Part shown: positions 20,017 through 30,533 of the stretch, piece after piece
How positions within the stretch are numbered: the stretch's first letter is position 1
Layout of the letters: every line of letters starts with the position of its first letter
NCBI GenBank assembly: GCA_963810275.1
Contig: CAWENF010000020.1
Coordinates: 32,001-96,000, forward strand
Reading direction: 5' to 3'
DNA length: 64,000 bases
Source: an uncultured archaeon
GTDB taxonomy: Archaea > Thermoproteota > Bathyarchaeia > Bathyarchaeales > Bathycorpusculaceae
Program-made: the position numbers and the translations under genes
Notes under the pieces: generated by a model
Database searches by the model: none
Seen by the model: only the letters and a program-made list of their open reading frames with translations
What the model was told of the DNA's origin: nothing

Positions 20017-20254
20017 CCCTTCCCATATTAAATATGCAATTAGATTTGCCTTGACCCTACCGTGATGTTTTCTGTTTTATCTAACCGATATCCACACTGA
20101 TTGATAAAACTTAGAAACCTACACAGTTTACTGGTTTTAACTATATTTTTCGAGATTAATAAACGCTGTTACCTCTGTGGCCCCATACATTTCTATTGCA
20201 ATAAAGATATAAAAGTCGCGAACGTTGGTTCTGGTAGGCTTTTAGGCAGTAAAA

Positions 20255-21721
20255 TTGATGTCAACTGTTTTTTCGGCTTTTACGTACAGGATTACACCTG
20301 AGGTTCCTTTTAGCTTCTTTGGAAAACTATTCGATTTCATATACGTCGAGTATCTTCTGCCCCAAAAAGACCGCTTCATAGATATATATAGAGAATCTTC
20401 TATCCAAGGCGAAAAAGTCACGTACACAGTAATTGACTCCGATGATAACCGAAGGCTAAATGTGGAAATAAAAAGCGGCCCCCAACTTGAATTAACCATA
20501 ACCCCTCTGGCTCCTTTGATATCAAAGGCCGATGCTGAAGAAGCAAAACAAGACATCTTAATTGCCATACAAATTTTTAGTCAAAACGCCCGCGAAGCTA
20601 CCATTTACTTTGCGTGGCGACAAGGCGAAAAAGTCGTTCCCGAAATTTTCAATAAACCAAAAAAATCCTTCAATAGGCTATTTATAGAAACTCAAGTTCT
20701 TTTCTTTCTGATTTTCATAGTTTTCGGCACATTCATCTTCATTGCGATATCGGCTGTTTCACCCGCCGAGTTCTGGATTGCTCCCCTTGTTTTAATCGGT
20801 ATTCAGTTTACTTTCATTTCTTTCTCCAACCGCTTCATAGCCCGTATCGCAGATTGGCACATCACCAAATCTAACCCCACTCTACATTTTTTAGAGTTCT
20901 ACTTTCCTACGGCTGAAAACTTGAATATTGAAGCAGTTTGCCCGAAAGAAACTTTACTTTCAATCAAAGGAGAAATTTACAGTGAAATAATAGCTAAAAA
21001 AGGTGAAGTAGACATTGAATCTGCTCAGCAGGTATTCAAAAAACACGGCATTTCTTGCGAATTATTAAATCTCAAAGTTAAGACGGTCAACGTTTACGAG
21101 CTGGTTAAAGACATAGCGGATCGCTTTCATTTTCCTATACCAAAAATCGTGGTTTCAAACACCACGACACCCAACGCCGCCGCCTCGGGAACAAGCCCCA
21201 AACGCAGCTTAGTTTTGCTTACCTCAGGCATACTGGCGCAGCTTAGCAAAGAAGAGTTGCGCAGTGTCCTGGGACACGAATTTGGGCACCTTCGTGGCAG
21301 AGACCCTTTGATTCTCTATGGGTTGGTTTCTGCTGAATTTCTTCTAAGATTTTACGTTTTATTCCCGCTTTTTCCGCTTGTTTTCTCGTCAATCCTGTTT
21401 TTTGCTTATTTCTGGGCAATTATGATCGTCATTTTTTTTGTAGCAAAGTTTTTTGAGGCTAGGGCCGACTTGGTCTCAGCCATGGTGGTAGGTAACCCTG
21501 AAGTTTTAGCGGGTTCGCTTGAGAAAATCGGCTATCAACGACTGCTCTTCGAGCGTAAGTTCTCATATCGTTTACAGGAGTGGCTGGGTCTTGACCCACA
21601 TCCGCCCATATACTTTCGAGTCAATCGCCTCCAAAAAATGGGTTCACAACATTTTGCACACCCACTTATCCAATCCATAAAAGACGTAACGAAGGGGTTT
21701 GTCGCTACTCTTCGAAATTAA
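20255..21721 (+). CDS. M48/HtpX-family membrane zinc protease with long N-terminal extension
   Basis: PNAAASG, HEFGH, FEARAD, HPPIYFRV, several TM segments. Confidence 0.88.
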   Translation: MMSTVFSAFTYRITPEVPFSFFGKLFDFIYVEYLLPQKDRFIDIYRESSIQGEKVTYTVIDSDDNRRLNVEIKSGPQLELTITPLAPLISKADAEEAKQDILIAIQIFSQNAREATIYFAWRQGEKVVPEIFNKPKKSFNRLFIETQVLFFLIFIVFGTFIFIAISAVSPAEFWIAPLVLIGIQFTFISFSNRFIARIADWHITKSNPTLHFLEFYFPTAENLNIEAVCPKETLLSIKGEIYSEIIAKKGEVDIESAQQVFKKHGISCELLNLKVKTVNVYELVKDIADRFHFPIPKIVVSNTTTPNAAASGTSPKRSLVLLTSGILAQLSKEELRSVLGHEFGHLRGRDPLILYGLVSAEFLLRFYVLFPLFPLVFSSILFFAYFWAIMIVIFFVAKFFEARADLVSAMVVGNPEVLAGSLEKIGYQRLLFERKFSYRLQEWLGLDPHPPIYFRVNRLQKMGSQHFAHPLIQSIKDVTKGFVATLRN

Positions 21722-21799
21722 GTAGAGAACCGTGTTAGAAACCCTTATTTCAATAACGGCTCTTAGTATGTTTATCTGAACTTTTTAGAGGCTTTCTAC

Positions 21800-22745
21800 A
21801 TGAGCTATTATGTTGAGTTAACATCCATAAAAGAAAAAAACCAACTATTTCAAACTTACAAGTCTCAGTTGCTTCTACATTTGTAAATCCAAATTTACGG
21901 TCGTTGCATTAAACTCTTAATCGACGCCTACCAAACCAAAGACATTTGGGAAGACAACTTATACTCTGCAGAAGAAAACATTCGCTCACATGGTCGCCTA
22001 ATCGTTATCTCGCAGTCTTATAAAACTCCAACCGTGAAATATAATCATTATACTAAAACTGCTTTTCTCATCAATGTTAATTACTATGGCTGGGTTAAAA
22101 GCATCAACTTGGCAGTTCCCGGCGACGTTTTAGATTATGAACACCGAATCCATTCTTTCCGCGGCGAAACCACAGACATAGGCGGTGTTGGTGTCTTTAT
22201 CATTGTCCCAAAAAGCACAGGAAAAACCGCCCACTACTTGGGATTAATGCGCCTTCACAACACACGAATAGTCAGTGACGACTGGTACTATGTGCGGCTT
22301 AGCACTCGGAAACATTTGGAGTTGGGGTCAGAAAAAAACATTCGCATCCAAGCTGGTATAGGAAAAATCTGGAACGAATATGAAAGCATTGTAGATAAAG
22401 CGCGATTTGATTCGCTTGGCAGAGCTGTTGTGAATGTGCGCTGGATTGTGGACAGCGGCGGCGTAATTTCTTTATCTACTTTGCAAAAAATTATATTGCT
22501 AAAACGCGACCAGAACGGCCCCACGCATTGTAACCCAATTAACCTACGATGACGCCATACAATATTTAATTGCATACAACTTCTGCAACCTCCACCAGCT
22601 TGTGAGCGACGACCGCAAACTTGCACTTAGAACAGACTTATTCAATGGGTTCTTTGAAAAAACAGAAGTATATATAATGAATACAACCGCCTCGCCCCAA
22701 GAATCCCAGCAAGTAATTAGTACACTTTTATCCTTAAATCAGTAA
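21800..22745 (+). pseudogene. frameshifted HPr-kinase-like P-loop protein
   Basis: Pieces across frames: MSYYVEL.., IYGRCIKLL..IWEDNLY..RSHGRL, NYYGWVKSI, eroded Walker A (PKSTGKT), IVSDDWY; stops, shifts and an apparent 3' deletion. Confidence 0.65.
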
Positions 22746-22806
22746 TTGAATATGAAAAAAATAATAAAGCATGTGAGATAGCCATAGGTTTGAGAGGTAC
22801 CAGGAT

Positions 22807-24096
22807 TTGAAACTACTCTTTGTCGCTATAGACGGTATGGGCGACCTACCGATATACGCACTCGGCAATAAAACACCCCTTGAAGCAGCACAAACCCCAA
22901 ACATGGACACTTTGGCAAGAAACGGCCAAACTGGCGTCATGTACACTGTGGGAAAAGGAGTTGCTCCAGAAAGCGACGTGGCAGTCATTTCGCTACTGGG
23001 TTATGACCCCTTCAAGTACAGCACAGGTAGAGGAGTTATCGAAGCTGCAGGCTCCGGGCTAAAAATGAAAGACGGGGACTTGGCGTTAAGATGCAACTTT
23101 GCCACATTGGGCGAGGGCAAAAACATTCTTGACCGCAGAGTCGGCAGAACCCTTTCAACCGAGGAAGCAACTGTTCTTACAGAAGCCGCTAACAAAGACA
23201 TAGCATTAACCTCTTACCCCGCCACGTTTGAATTCAAAAACACTCTTGGCCACCGAGCCGTTTTGCTTATTAGAAGCAAAGCAAAGCCACTATCAAGCCA
23301 TATAACTAACAGTGACCCCGCATACGCAATCATAAACGGCTTAGGCGTCGCAAAAGCTAATCCTGAGATGGTGCTTAAAACCTGTGAAGCTATGGATGAC
23401 ACAGAAGCTGCCAGAGTTTCCGCGGGATTAGTTAATGAATTTATCAAGAAGACACATTCACTTTGGGAAAATCATCCCACCAATGTTGCGCGGGCAAAGC
23501 GTGGTGAACTCAAAGCCAACGTTGTCTTAACCCGCGACGCAGGGCATTTATTACCTAAATTCTTCAACATAAACAGACACTACAACGTCAACTTCGCCTG
23601 CCTAGCTGACATGCATACAGAACGCGGCATCGCCCAGTTGGCAGGCATGGAGGCGTCACTGCTTCCTCCACCTTCAGGCGATCTTAAAGCCGACATGGAA
23701 GTCAGAGTCAAAACACTCATTGAAGCGCTCCCTAAACATGACTGCTTCTATATCCACCTAAAAGGCCCCGATGAGCCTGGACACGACGGCAATTATAGGC
23801 TTAAAACCAAAATTATCTCTGCCATTGATCAGTACTTCTTTGGTCCATTGCTAGAGCAGATTTCGCAGAAGGACACCATTATCTGCGTCACCTCCGACCA
23901 CGCTACACCCTGTGAGCTAAAAGTGCATAGTGACACTCCAGTTGCATTGATAATTAGTGGTGGAAAAGTAGGCGGCGACGGAGCAGTTAGCAACTTCTCT
24001 GAGCGAGAATGCGCAAAAGGGAGTTTAGGCACTCTTGCTCATGGCTACGAGTTAATGCCGAAGTTAATGGAGCTTCTCAAAAACAGCAGTCAATAG
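22807..24096 (+). CDS. apgM: 2,3-bisphosphoglycerate-independent phosphoglycerate mutase (archaeal type)
   Basis: IDGMGD, TPLEAAQTPNMD, PESD, TGRG, KGPDEPGHDG, TSDHATP. Confidence 0.9.
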   Translation: MKLLFVAIDGMGDLPIYALGNKTPLEAAQTPNMDTLARNGQTGVMYTVGKGVAPESDVAVISLLGYDPFKYSTGRGVIEAAGSGLKMKDGDLALRCNFATLGEGKNILDRRVGRTLSTEEATVLTEAANKDIALTSYPATFEFKNTLGHRAVLLIRSKAKPLSSHITNSDPAYAIINGLGVAKANPEMVLKTCEAMDDTEAARVSAGLVNEFIKKTHSLWENHPTNVARAKRGELKANVVLTRDAGHLLPKFFNINRHYNVNFACLADMHTERGIAQLAGMEASLLPPPSGDLKADMEVRVKTLIEALPKHDCFYIHLKGPDEPGHDGNYRLKTKIISAIDQYFFGPLLEQISQKDTIICVTSDHATPCELKVHSDTPVALIISGGKVGGDGAVSNFSERECAKGSLGTLAHGYELMPKLMELLKNSSQ

Positions 24097-24300
24097 CTAC
24101 AAGCTTTTTACTTTTCATTTTTTTGGACTGCTTATACAAGTGAAAAACCGCTCGCGCCTTATAGGGTATCTTGAGAAAAGTTACAATTTTACAGTTATAT
24201 TGGTCAGGGAGAGGCGTACAGAGCAATAGCACTCCAGATTATAAGGGCAATAAATAATTGGGAAGAAAAACGAGCGAAGATGTTAATTCAAACCTAAAAT

Positions 24301-24603
24301 TTAGTATATGTCGGGCTTGCTTGCGTTGTTTAGGACCTGCTTTGCCAAGTCAAGGCGGATTTTAATAACGTTTTTTTGACATTCAAAAGGCTTACCTTTT
24401 AAGTGTTTTTTGTGAATTTTAACATGACATTCAATCGCTTGATTCATGGCTTTGAGGGTTGGTATCATAAGGATACGATCGCCACATTGGGGACATTTTA
24501 TATATCCTCTTTTTTGATAGCTGTCGTTTGGTTGAGTTACAACTCTTTGATACATTTCTTCTATGTTTTGTTGGAATGATTCTTTTATGAGAGTTTCAGC
24601 CAT
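24301..24603 (-). CDS. small C2H2-like zinc-finger protein
   Basis: CPQCG...HVKIH. Confidence 0.6.
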   Translation of the reverse strand: MAETLIKESFQQNIEEMYQRVVTQPNDSYQKRGYIKCPQCGDRILMIPTLKAMNQAIECHVKIHKKHLKGKPFECQKNVIKIRLDLAKQVLNNASKPDIY

Positions 24604-24769
24604 TTAGTCCCCACATCAACAATCTTGTTTCTTATATCTCAAATAGCACTAAATTTTATAAAACTCTTCATATTATGCCCATATACATCTAAGCCTTAAA
24701 CAGCCAAAAAACAAAACTAATAATTCAATAAAAAAGCTCAATTGACACATAAAAAACCAGTCAGTTTAA

Positions 24770-25130
24770 GCATAAACATGTAAACCCGATAAAGTGTGTT
24801 GAAGGGGAAATTCATCAAGCAAATCGTTAAGCTGTACAAACAAATCCAAAAACCGAAAGCCCTTCTTAGTCATTACATACTTATTTACATTCCTGGCCAA
24901 CAACCCCTGAGCCAACAAAGCATCCAGATGACCCTTTAACTGAGAATAATTAAGATTAGTGTTTACATAAAGCTGTTTTGTTTTCTGCTGTTTACAGTAC
25001 GCAAAAATCTCAGCAATAATATCAATCTTCCCCGTCTTGACCCTTTAGCTCCGCTGCGTTCCCGCTTATAATTAAGCAAGGAAAACGGCAACTGAACAGA
25101 ATTCAACCTCGACAACCCAGAATTACTCAT
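24770..25130 (-). pseudogene. frameshifted archaeal winged-HTH regulator
   Basis: RRG then shifted frame KIDIIAEIFAYCKQQKTK..NTNLNYSQLKGHLDALLAQGLL..YVMTKKGFRFL; no in-frame start for the domain. Confidence 0.65.
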
Positions 25131-25278
25131 CAAAAAAACTTCTCCGCCATCTTGCCACAACACATCTATGGGCCCTTAAACGCATGTGACTGATACTGCA
25201 CAGTAACGACCAACCAAAGCATAGTTTCACTTTAACGCTTTAAATAATCAACTTCCCAATTTGAGTTAGTGAGACTTT

Positions 25279-26112
25279 ATGACTCAGAAGATTCGGCTTT
25301 ACTCCGACGGCGGTTCAAGAGGCAACCCAGGACAGGCAGCCAGCGCTTTCATCGCCACATCATCGTCGGGGGAAACCCTAAAAGTGGACGCTAAATTTGT
25401 GGGCAAACGTACCAACAACCAAGCCGAATACGAAGCGCTTATTATGGCACTCAGATACGCTGTGGAGCAGAAAGCAGAAGAAGTCACATGCTACCTTGAC
25501 AGCGAACTAGTCGCCAAACAATTAACTGGACAATACCAGGTGAGAAATGCGGAGCTCCAACTGCTTAACCACCAGTCCAAAACTCTTCTTGCCAACTTTA
25601 AAAAAGTCAATCTAATAAGCGTGCCTCGAGAACACCCCAAAATAAGCAGAGTGGACGCACTAGTCAACCAAACACTCGACCACCAAATACACATCCCAGA
25701 AAAAACCCAGAGTCCTCTAAGCGGTACTTTTGCGCATACATGCATCCGCACATCAAATTTGCAGCGTAGCATAAACTTTTATCAGCGGTTTTTCGGCTTA
25801 ATCGTAGTAGCCAAACACAACTACAAAGCCGCAGATGCAGAACTCACTTTCATGCGTGATCCACTGGGGAAAGGATGTCTACTTGAACTCATGTTCTACC
25901 GAAAACAGAGAGCTGATGTGCAGCCGTCTCCCGAGCAGCGGTTGGTTGACCATTTGGCTTTTGAAGTTCCAGACATCTACAATACTATCGCAGAAATGAA
26001 AAAGGAAGGAATAAAAATTGTTGAGAACCCTGAGAAATTCAATGATGCTACTTTGGTTGCTCTCGCGGAGGATCCTGATGGCGTTTTCGTTGAGCTTATA
26101 GAGCGAAGATAG
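25279..26112 (+). CDS. RNase HI domain fused to a VOC/glyoxalase domain
   Basis: DGGSRGNPG, TNNQAEYEAL, DSELV, VPREH..VDAL; then HTCIRTSNLQRSINFY, LEL, HLAFEV, DPDGVFVELIE. Confidence 0.88.
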   Translation: MTQKIRLYSDGGSRGNPGQAASAFIATSSSGETLKVDAKFVGKRTNNQAEYEALIMALRYAVEQKAEEVTCYLDSELVAKQLTGQYQVRNAELQLLNHQSKTLLANFKKVNLISVPREHPKISRVDALVNQTLDHQIHIPEKTQSPLSGTFAHTCIRTSNLQRSINFYQRFFGLIVVAKHNYKAADAELTFMRDPLGKGCLLELMFYRKQRADVQPSPEQRLVDHLAFEVPDIYNTIAEMKKEGIKIVENPEKFNDATLVALAEDPDGVFVELIERR

Positions 26113-27088
26113 TTATTCCGCCACACAGGTCAACGAGAAATTGTCGTTTCGTTTGCTTAACTATTGCTGGTTAATAATGAAATAATCAAAGTTTTTCCCC
26201 ATTTTTTTGTGAAAAAAACTTCACTTAGTCATCACTTGATTAATATGTATCCAAAACGAAAATTCGTATGGGCAACTGTCCGGTAAAAATATGATACAGA
26301 TTCTTTGCCCTTAAAAGAGCAACTGGAAGGTTTCTTTTTTAGCAGGTGGAAAAAGACTGAGTTTAGTTGGATAGCATGAACATCAAATTTCGGCGGTTAC
26401 GCCTCTACAACTGAATAGGCAACTTTGTAGAGCTATTAATTCCAAGTGTAACTGTCAAAAAAGTCGCCCGCATAGCCCTCTCCCCAAAAAGACATAAAAA
26501 ACGACACTGGTGTTACCGCCGCCACCGTTATCGACTCTCGCTTAATCACAACAGCCACGTATTCAGGCGGGTTTCTAATTGGGTTTATACTGCTACTATT
26601 TACCCATCAACTGCCAATGTACCTTATGCACCCGTAGCGGTAGTTGTGGCAGCTACATCCACTATTATAGCGACTGTTCTTCTTGTTGCTTTCAAAGCCT
26701 CGGCAGTATAGTCCAAAAGGTCGTACACGCCTCCATGTAGGTAGTTAAACACATAATCAAAATCTCCAAAAACAGCAAGTGATACAGGAAAAACTTGAAC
26801 AACTATCAGCCTTTACTGAGCAAGGTATAACACATCAAAAAAAAACCAACTACCCCCCCCCAAAACCCCACCCACCTCTTCTCCCTACTGTAACTGGGAA
26901 TTTGCCACTCATAAGCTGGAAGTAAGCGCCTCAGTAGGTATAAATCCGCTGGGCATTTGCATCGTTTTCGCTTTCTATTAGCGGTTTCTAAGCCATATTT
27001 AGCGCCATTGATTCATCAGAAGCTTTTTATTACTGGAGGACAGATGTGTTAACGAATTTCAAAATTAAAGTGAAATTAATAGAAGGAA

Positions 27089-28399
27089 ATGAACATGAGC
27101 AAAAGTGAAAAACCCCACCTAAACATCATCATCATGGGGCACGTTGACAACGGCAAATCCACCACCACTGGACACTTACTATACCTAGCAGGCGTTATCG
27201 ACCAAAGAACCATCGATGCATATCAAGCAGAGGCAGAATCAATGGGCAAAGGCACCTTCCACTTCGCGTGGGTTCTTGACAACCTAAAGGAAGAACGCGA
27301 ACGTGGTGTCACTATTGATCTTCGATTCCTCCAGTTCCCAACCAAAAAGTACAACATGACCGTTATCGACGCGCCCGGCCACAGAGACTTTATCAAAAAC
27401 ATGATCACCGGCGCAAGCCAAGCCGACGCAGCAGTTCTCTTCAGCTCAGCCAAGAAAGGTGAGTTCGAAGCAGGCATTGGCCCTGGCGGTCAAACACGTG
27501 AACACGCATTCTTAGCCTTCACTTTGGGCATTCGCCAACTAATTGTTGCCATCAACAAGATGGATGACGCCCAAGTTAACTGGGGCCAAGAAAGATACGA
27601 CGAAATGAAGAATGAAATCGGCAGAATGCTAAGAACTATTGGCTACAAGATTGACAAAATCCACTTCATTCCAGTTTCAGGCTGGACAGGCGACAACTTG
27701 CTCAAAAAGAGCGAAAAAATGCCATGGTACAATGGTCCAACATTGATGGAAGCATTCGACCTCCTTGAACTCCCACCAAAACCAACCAACAAACCTCTTC
27801 GCGTTCCAGTCCAAGATGTCTACACAATCACCGGCATCGGCACTGTCCCAGTCGGCAGAGTCGAAACAGGTATCCTAAAACCAGGCACAAGCATAGTCTT
27901 CATGCCATCTAACAAGACCGCTGAAGTCAAATCAATCGAAATGCACCACACTTCCATCCCAATGGCAGAACCAGGAGATAACATAGGCATGAACGTCAGA
28001 GGCATCGCAAAGAACGATGTCCATCGCGGAGACGTAGCAGGTCCAGTTGACAACCCACCAACCGTAGCAAAAGAATTCATCGGACAAATCATCGTTATCT
28101 ACCACCCAACCGCAATCGCAGCAGGCTACACACCAGTTCTTCACTACCACACAGGTCAAATCGCAGTCAGATTCACTGAACTGATCAAGAAAATTGACCC
28201 CCGCACAGGCCAAGTCAGCGAAGAACACCCAGGCTTCCTCAAAACAGGAGATGCCGCTTGGGTACGCATGGAACCACTGCACCCCATCGCAATCGAAGCA
28301 TTCACTGAATTCCAAGAACTCGGCAGATTCGCAATCCGAGACATGGGCACCACTGTCGCAGCAGGCGCAGTAAAAGAAATCACCAAAAAGGGTCCATAA
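27089..28399 (+). CDS. tuf: translation elongation factor EF-1alpha
   Basis: GHVDNGKST, ERERGVTID, DAPGHRDF, NKMD, GRFAIRDMG. Confidence 0.98.
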   Translation: MNMSKSEKPHLNIIIMGHVDNGKSTTTGHLLYLAGVIDQRTIDAYQAEAESMGKGTFHFAWVLDNLKEERERGVTIDLRFLQFPTKKYNMTVIDAPGHRDFIKNMITGASQADAAVLFSSAKKGEFEAGIGPGGQTREHAFLAFTLGIRQLIVAINKMDDAQVNWGQERYDEMKNEIGRMLRTIGYKIDKIHFIPVSGWTGDNLLKKSEKMPWYNGPTLMEAFDLLELPPKPTNKPLRVPVQDVYTITGIGTVPVGRVETGILKPGTSIVFMPSNKTAEVKSIEMHHTSIPMAEPGDNIGMNVRGIAKNDVHRGDVAGPVDNPPTVAKEFIGQIIVIYHPTAIAAGYTPVLHYHTGQIAVRFTELIKKIDPRTGQVSEEHPGFLKTGDAAWVRMEPLHPIAIEAFTEFQELGRFAIRDMGTTVAAGAVKEITKKGP

Positions 28400-28432
28400 A
28401 CCCTTTAAATTTATTTTTTGTCAAATAAATTT
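28387..28432 (+). terminator. putative tuf terminator: two tandem hairpins with T tract
   Basis: AAAGGGT-N6-ACCCTTT then AAATTTATTT-N6-AAATAAATTT. Confidence 0.5.
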
Positions 28433-28611
28433 TCAGTTCTTCTTCAGTCAATTTCTGTTCAGGGCTTTTTTAGTGTAGTATTACAGTCGTTACGATCACA
28501 AGTTCATATAAAGTACCCCATTGAATTAAAAGAAAAGTGTTGCAAGCAACTTGTACCAACAGAAAAATTTGTGCCCAAAAAGCCATGATCTATTTTTGGT
28601 TTTCCTAAAGG

Positions 28612-29221
28612 GTGTGCAGCTTGATGTTCGAAGGCAAGAAGCCGAAAGAATGGATAAGTCTGACCATTGTTAATACAGACTCAGACGGTAAATTCATAGC
28701 CGTATGGAAAACAGACGTTACAGGCAACTACCTAACCAAAGCAATGGTTGAAGCCTCACCAAACATGAACGCCGCTAGCACAATCATAAATCTGACTCTG
28801 ACACCTGATTCAAACGATCAACGCAACGTCTTTACATTAACTTCAAACTCGACTATCACCCAGTTCAGCTTCAACACCGATGACGAAGAACTCAGCTTCG
28901 TCACTTCAGGCCCAACAAACACCTATGGCTACGTTGACATTTATATACCAAAAAACCATCCTCAGGGATATTTCAATGCTCAAAGCCTATATTGACGGAG
29001 ACGAAGTCAACTACACAAGCTAATCCCTATCCGATTCATGGCTCATATCTTTTATATTCGCACAGCACCACACCATAATAATGTCTCTTGCCTGTGGAGT
29101 TCAGCCTGAATCCGCAATACCCGCTCTGCTACTGGTTGCTGTTGCAGCAGTTTTAGTAGCGGTTGTAGCGAATCCATTGGTTGCTACGAGACGTAGAAAC
29201 AAAATTCCCCCGCCTCCATAG
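28612..29221 (+). pseudogene. C-terminal remnant of a surface protein with membrane anchor
   Basis: SNSTITQFSFN..LSFVTSGP..GYVDIYIPK, shift in an A run, then YIDGDEVNYTS, stop, and a TM/basic tail (LLLVAVAAVLVAVV..RRRNK). Confidence 0.6.
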
Positions 29222-29334
29222 CGGGTTTACAATTCTTTTGGGTTTTTTGATTTTTTATTTTGGTTACCTTCTTTTTGTACTAACAGAAAAAAAAATTAAC
29301 CGCCTCAGCGTACGCCAAGGTAGTGACAAGTAAA

Positions 29335-30093
29335 ATGTCTGGGTCAGACACCCTCATTCCATTTATAAAAGAAAAGAAAAACCGCGATGAAGAACCCACT
29401 ATAATAATGGACAGTCGCGAAGCTAGCAGCGCCAAAAAAATTGCGTCAGGATTAGTAGAGCGCGGCGCCACTGTGAAGACGCAAATGCTGGAGAAAGGCG
29501 ACTATATTTTAAGTGACCAGTGTGCGGTGGAGCGTAAAACCGTCAACGACTTCGTCTACACCTTGACTCGACGCTATTTGTTTGAGCAGCTTTTCAGATT
29601 AAAAGACGTCTACCCAAAGTCCTTGATTGTTTTAGAGGGATATATGCCGGTGATTTACAAGTACAGAGGTATCCAGCCCGCTTCAGTTTGGGGCGCCATG
29701 TTTAATCTTGCCAAAAATGGCATCCCCATCGTCAACACCGCAAACCAAAAAGAAACTGTAGACTTCCTCTACACTGCGGCACGCCAAGAACAAATTGTGG
29801 AAAAGCGTAGTGCAGTCGTCCATGCGTTTAAAAAATGTGATACTCTTTCGGATGCGCAGGTGTATTTTGTAGCGTCGCTGCCCAGCATAGGGCGGGAAAA
29901 GGCGACTGCTATTTTGCAGTCTTATCAGACTCCGATTAATGCACTCATAAATGTGGATGATTGGCCTAAAGCTGTGGATGGCTTGGGTCCCGTGATTACT
30001 AATCGGGTTAAAGATGTGATTAATACGCCGTATCAGGATAACAAAAAAGAACCAGAAAAAGACAGCACCCAAAAGGAACAAAATAGCTTGTAG
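29335..30093 (+). CDS. xpf: short XPF/ERCC4 structure-specific endonuclease
   Basis: DSRE, GDY, ERKTVNDF nuclease motif, HhH repeats LPSIGREKA and VDGLGP. Confidence 0.88.
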   Translation: MSGSDTLIPFIKEKKNRDEEPTIIMDSREASSAKKIASGLVERGATVKTQMLEKGDYILSDQCAVERKTVNDFVYTLTRRYLFEQLFRLKDVYPKSLIVLEGYMPVIYKYRGIQPASVWGAMFNLAKNGIPIVNTANQKETVDFLYTAARQEQIVEKRSAVVHAFKKCDTLSDAQVYFVASLPSIGREKATAILQSYQTPINALINVDDWPKAVDGLGPVITNRVKDVINTPYQDNKKEPEKDSTQKEQNSL

Positions 30094-30160
30094 GAATTAA
30101 GCAAATGTGGCCGAAGCTAAATGTAGCATAACCCAAGGTTGAAAACTAATGTAACGTGCA

Positions 30161-30410
30161 ATGGAAAAACCAACAAGCAACTTACCCCGACTAGGAAAAT
30201 CTTTCCTACTTCTGTTAAAAAACAAAATTTTCCCTCTGCCTGACTGTATGGCAAGCAGGAAAAATAGCCGAAGCAATCCAGCTTCACCACACCGAAACCT
30301 ACCGCTTCCTACGTGATGTCGAAAAGGAAAAGCACCGTATTTAGCATTTTCGAGAAACCACGCAAAAGTTCACATAGGTACCGCTGGATAAAGCCATAGC
30401 AGTTTTTTTC
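30161..30410 (+). pseudogene. TrmB-family HTH remnant
   Basis: AGKIAEAIQLHHTETYRFLRDVEK../VFSIFEKPRK../VPLDKAI, broken by shifts and stops. Confidence 0.55.
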
Positions 30411-30533
30411 CAAAAGTAATTTATAGTCAAACATCAACAGCAAAGCTATCGAACAGTTTTTGGTTTCAGCGATTAGTATATATTCAATAGTGGATTGTAT
30501 TAATAGTTAATATCGGCTTGTCTGGGGTTAAAT

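Noticed and set aside
26120-26830. Possible minus-strand gene remnant
   Set aside because: Some coding-like stretches but no family could be recognised.
26860-26905. ORB-like replication origin element
   Set aside because: G-string present but no TTCCAGTGGAAAC-type core, no repeats, no cdc6 nearby.
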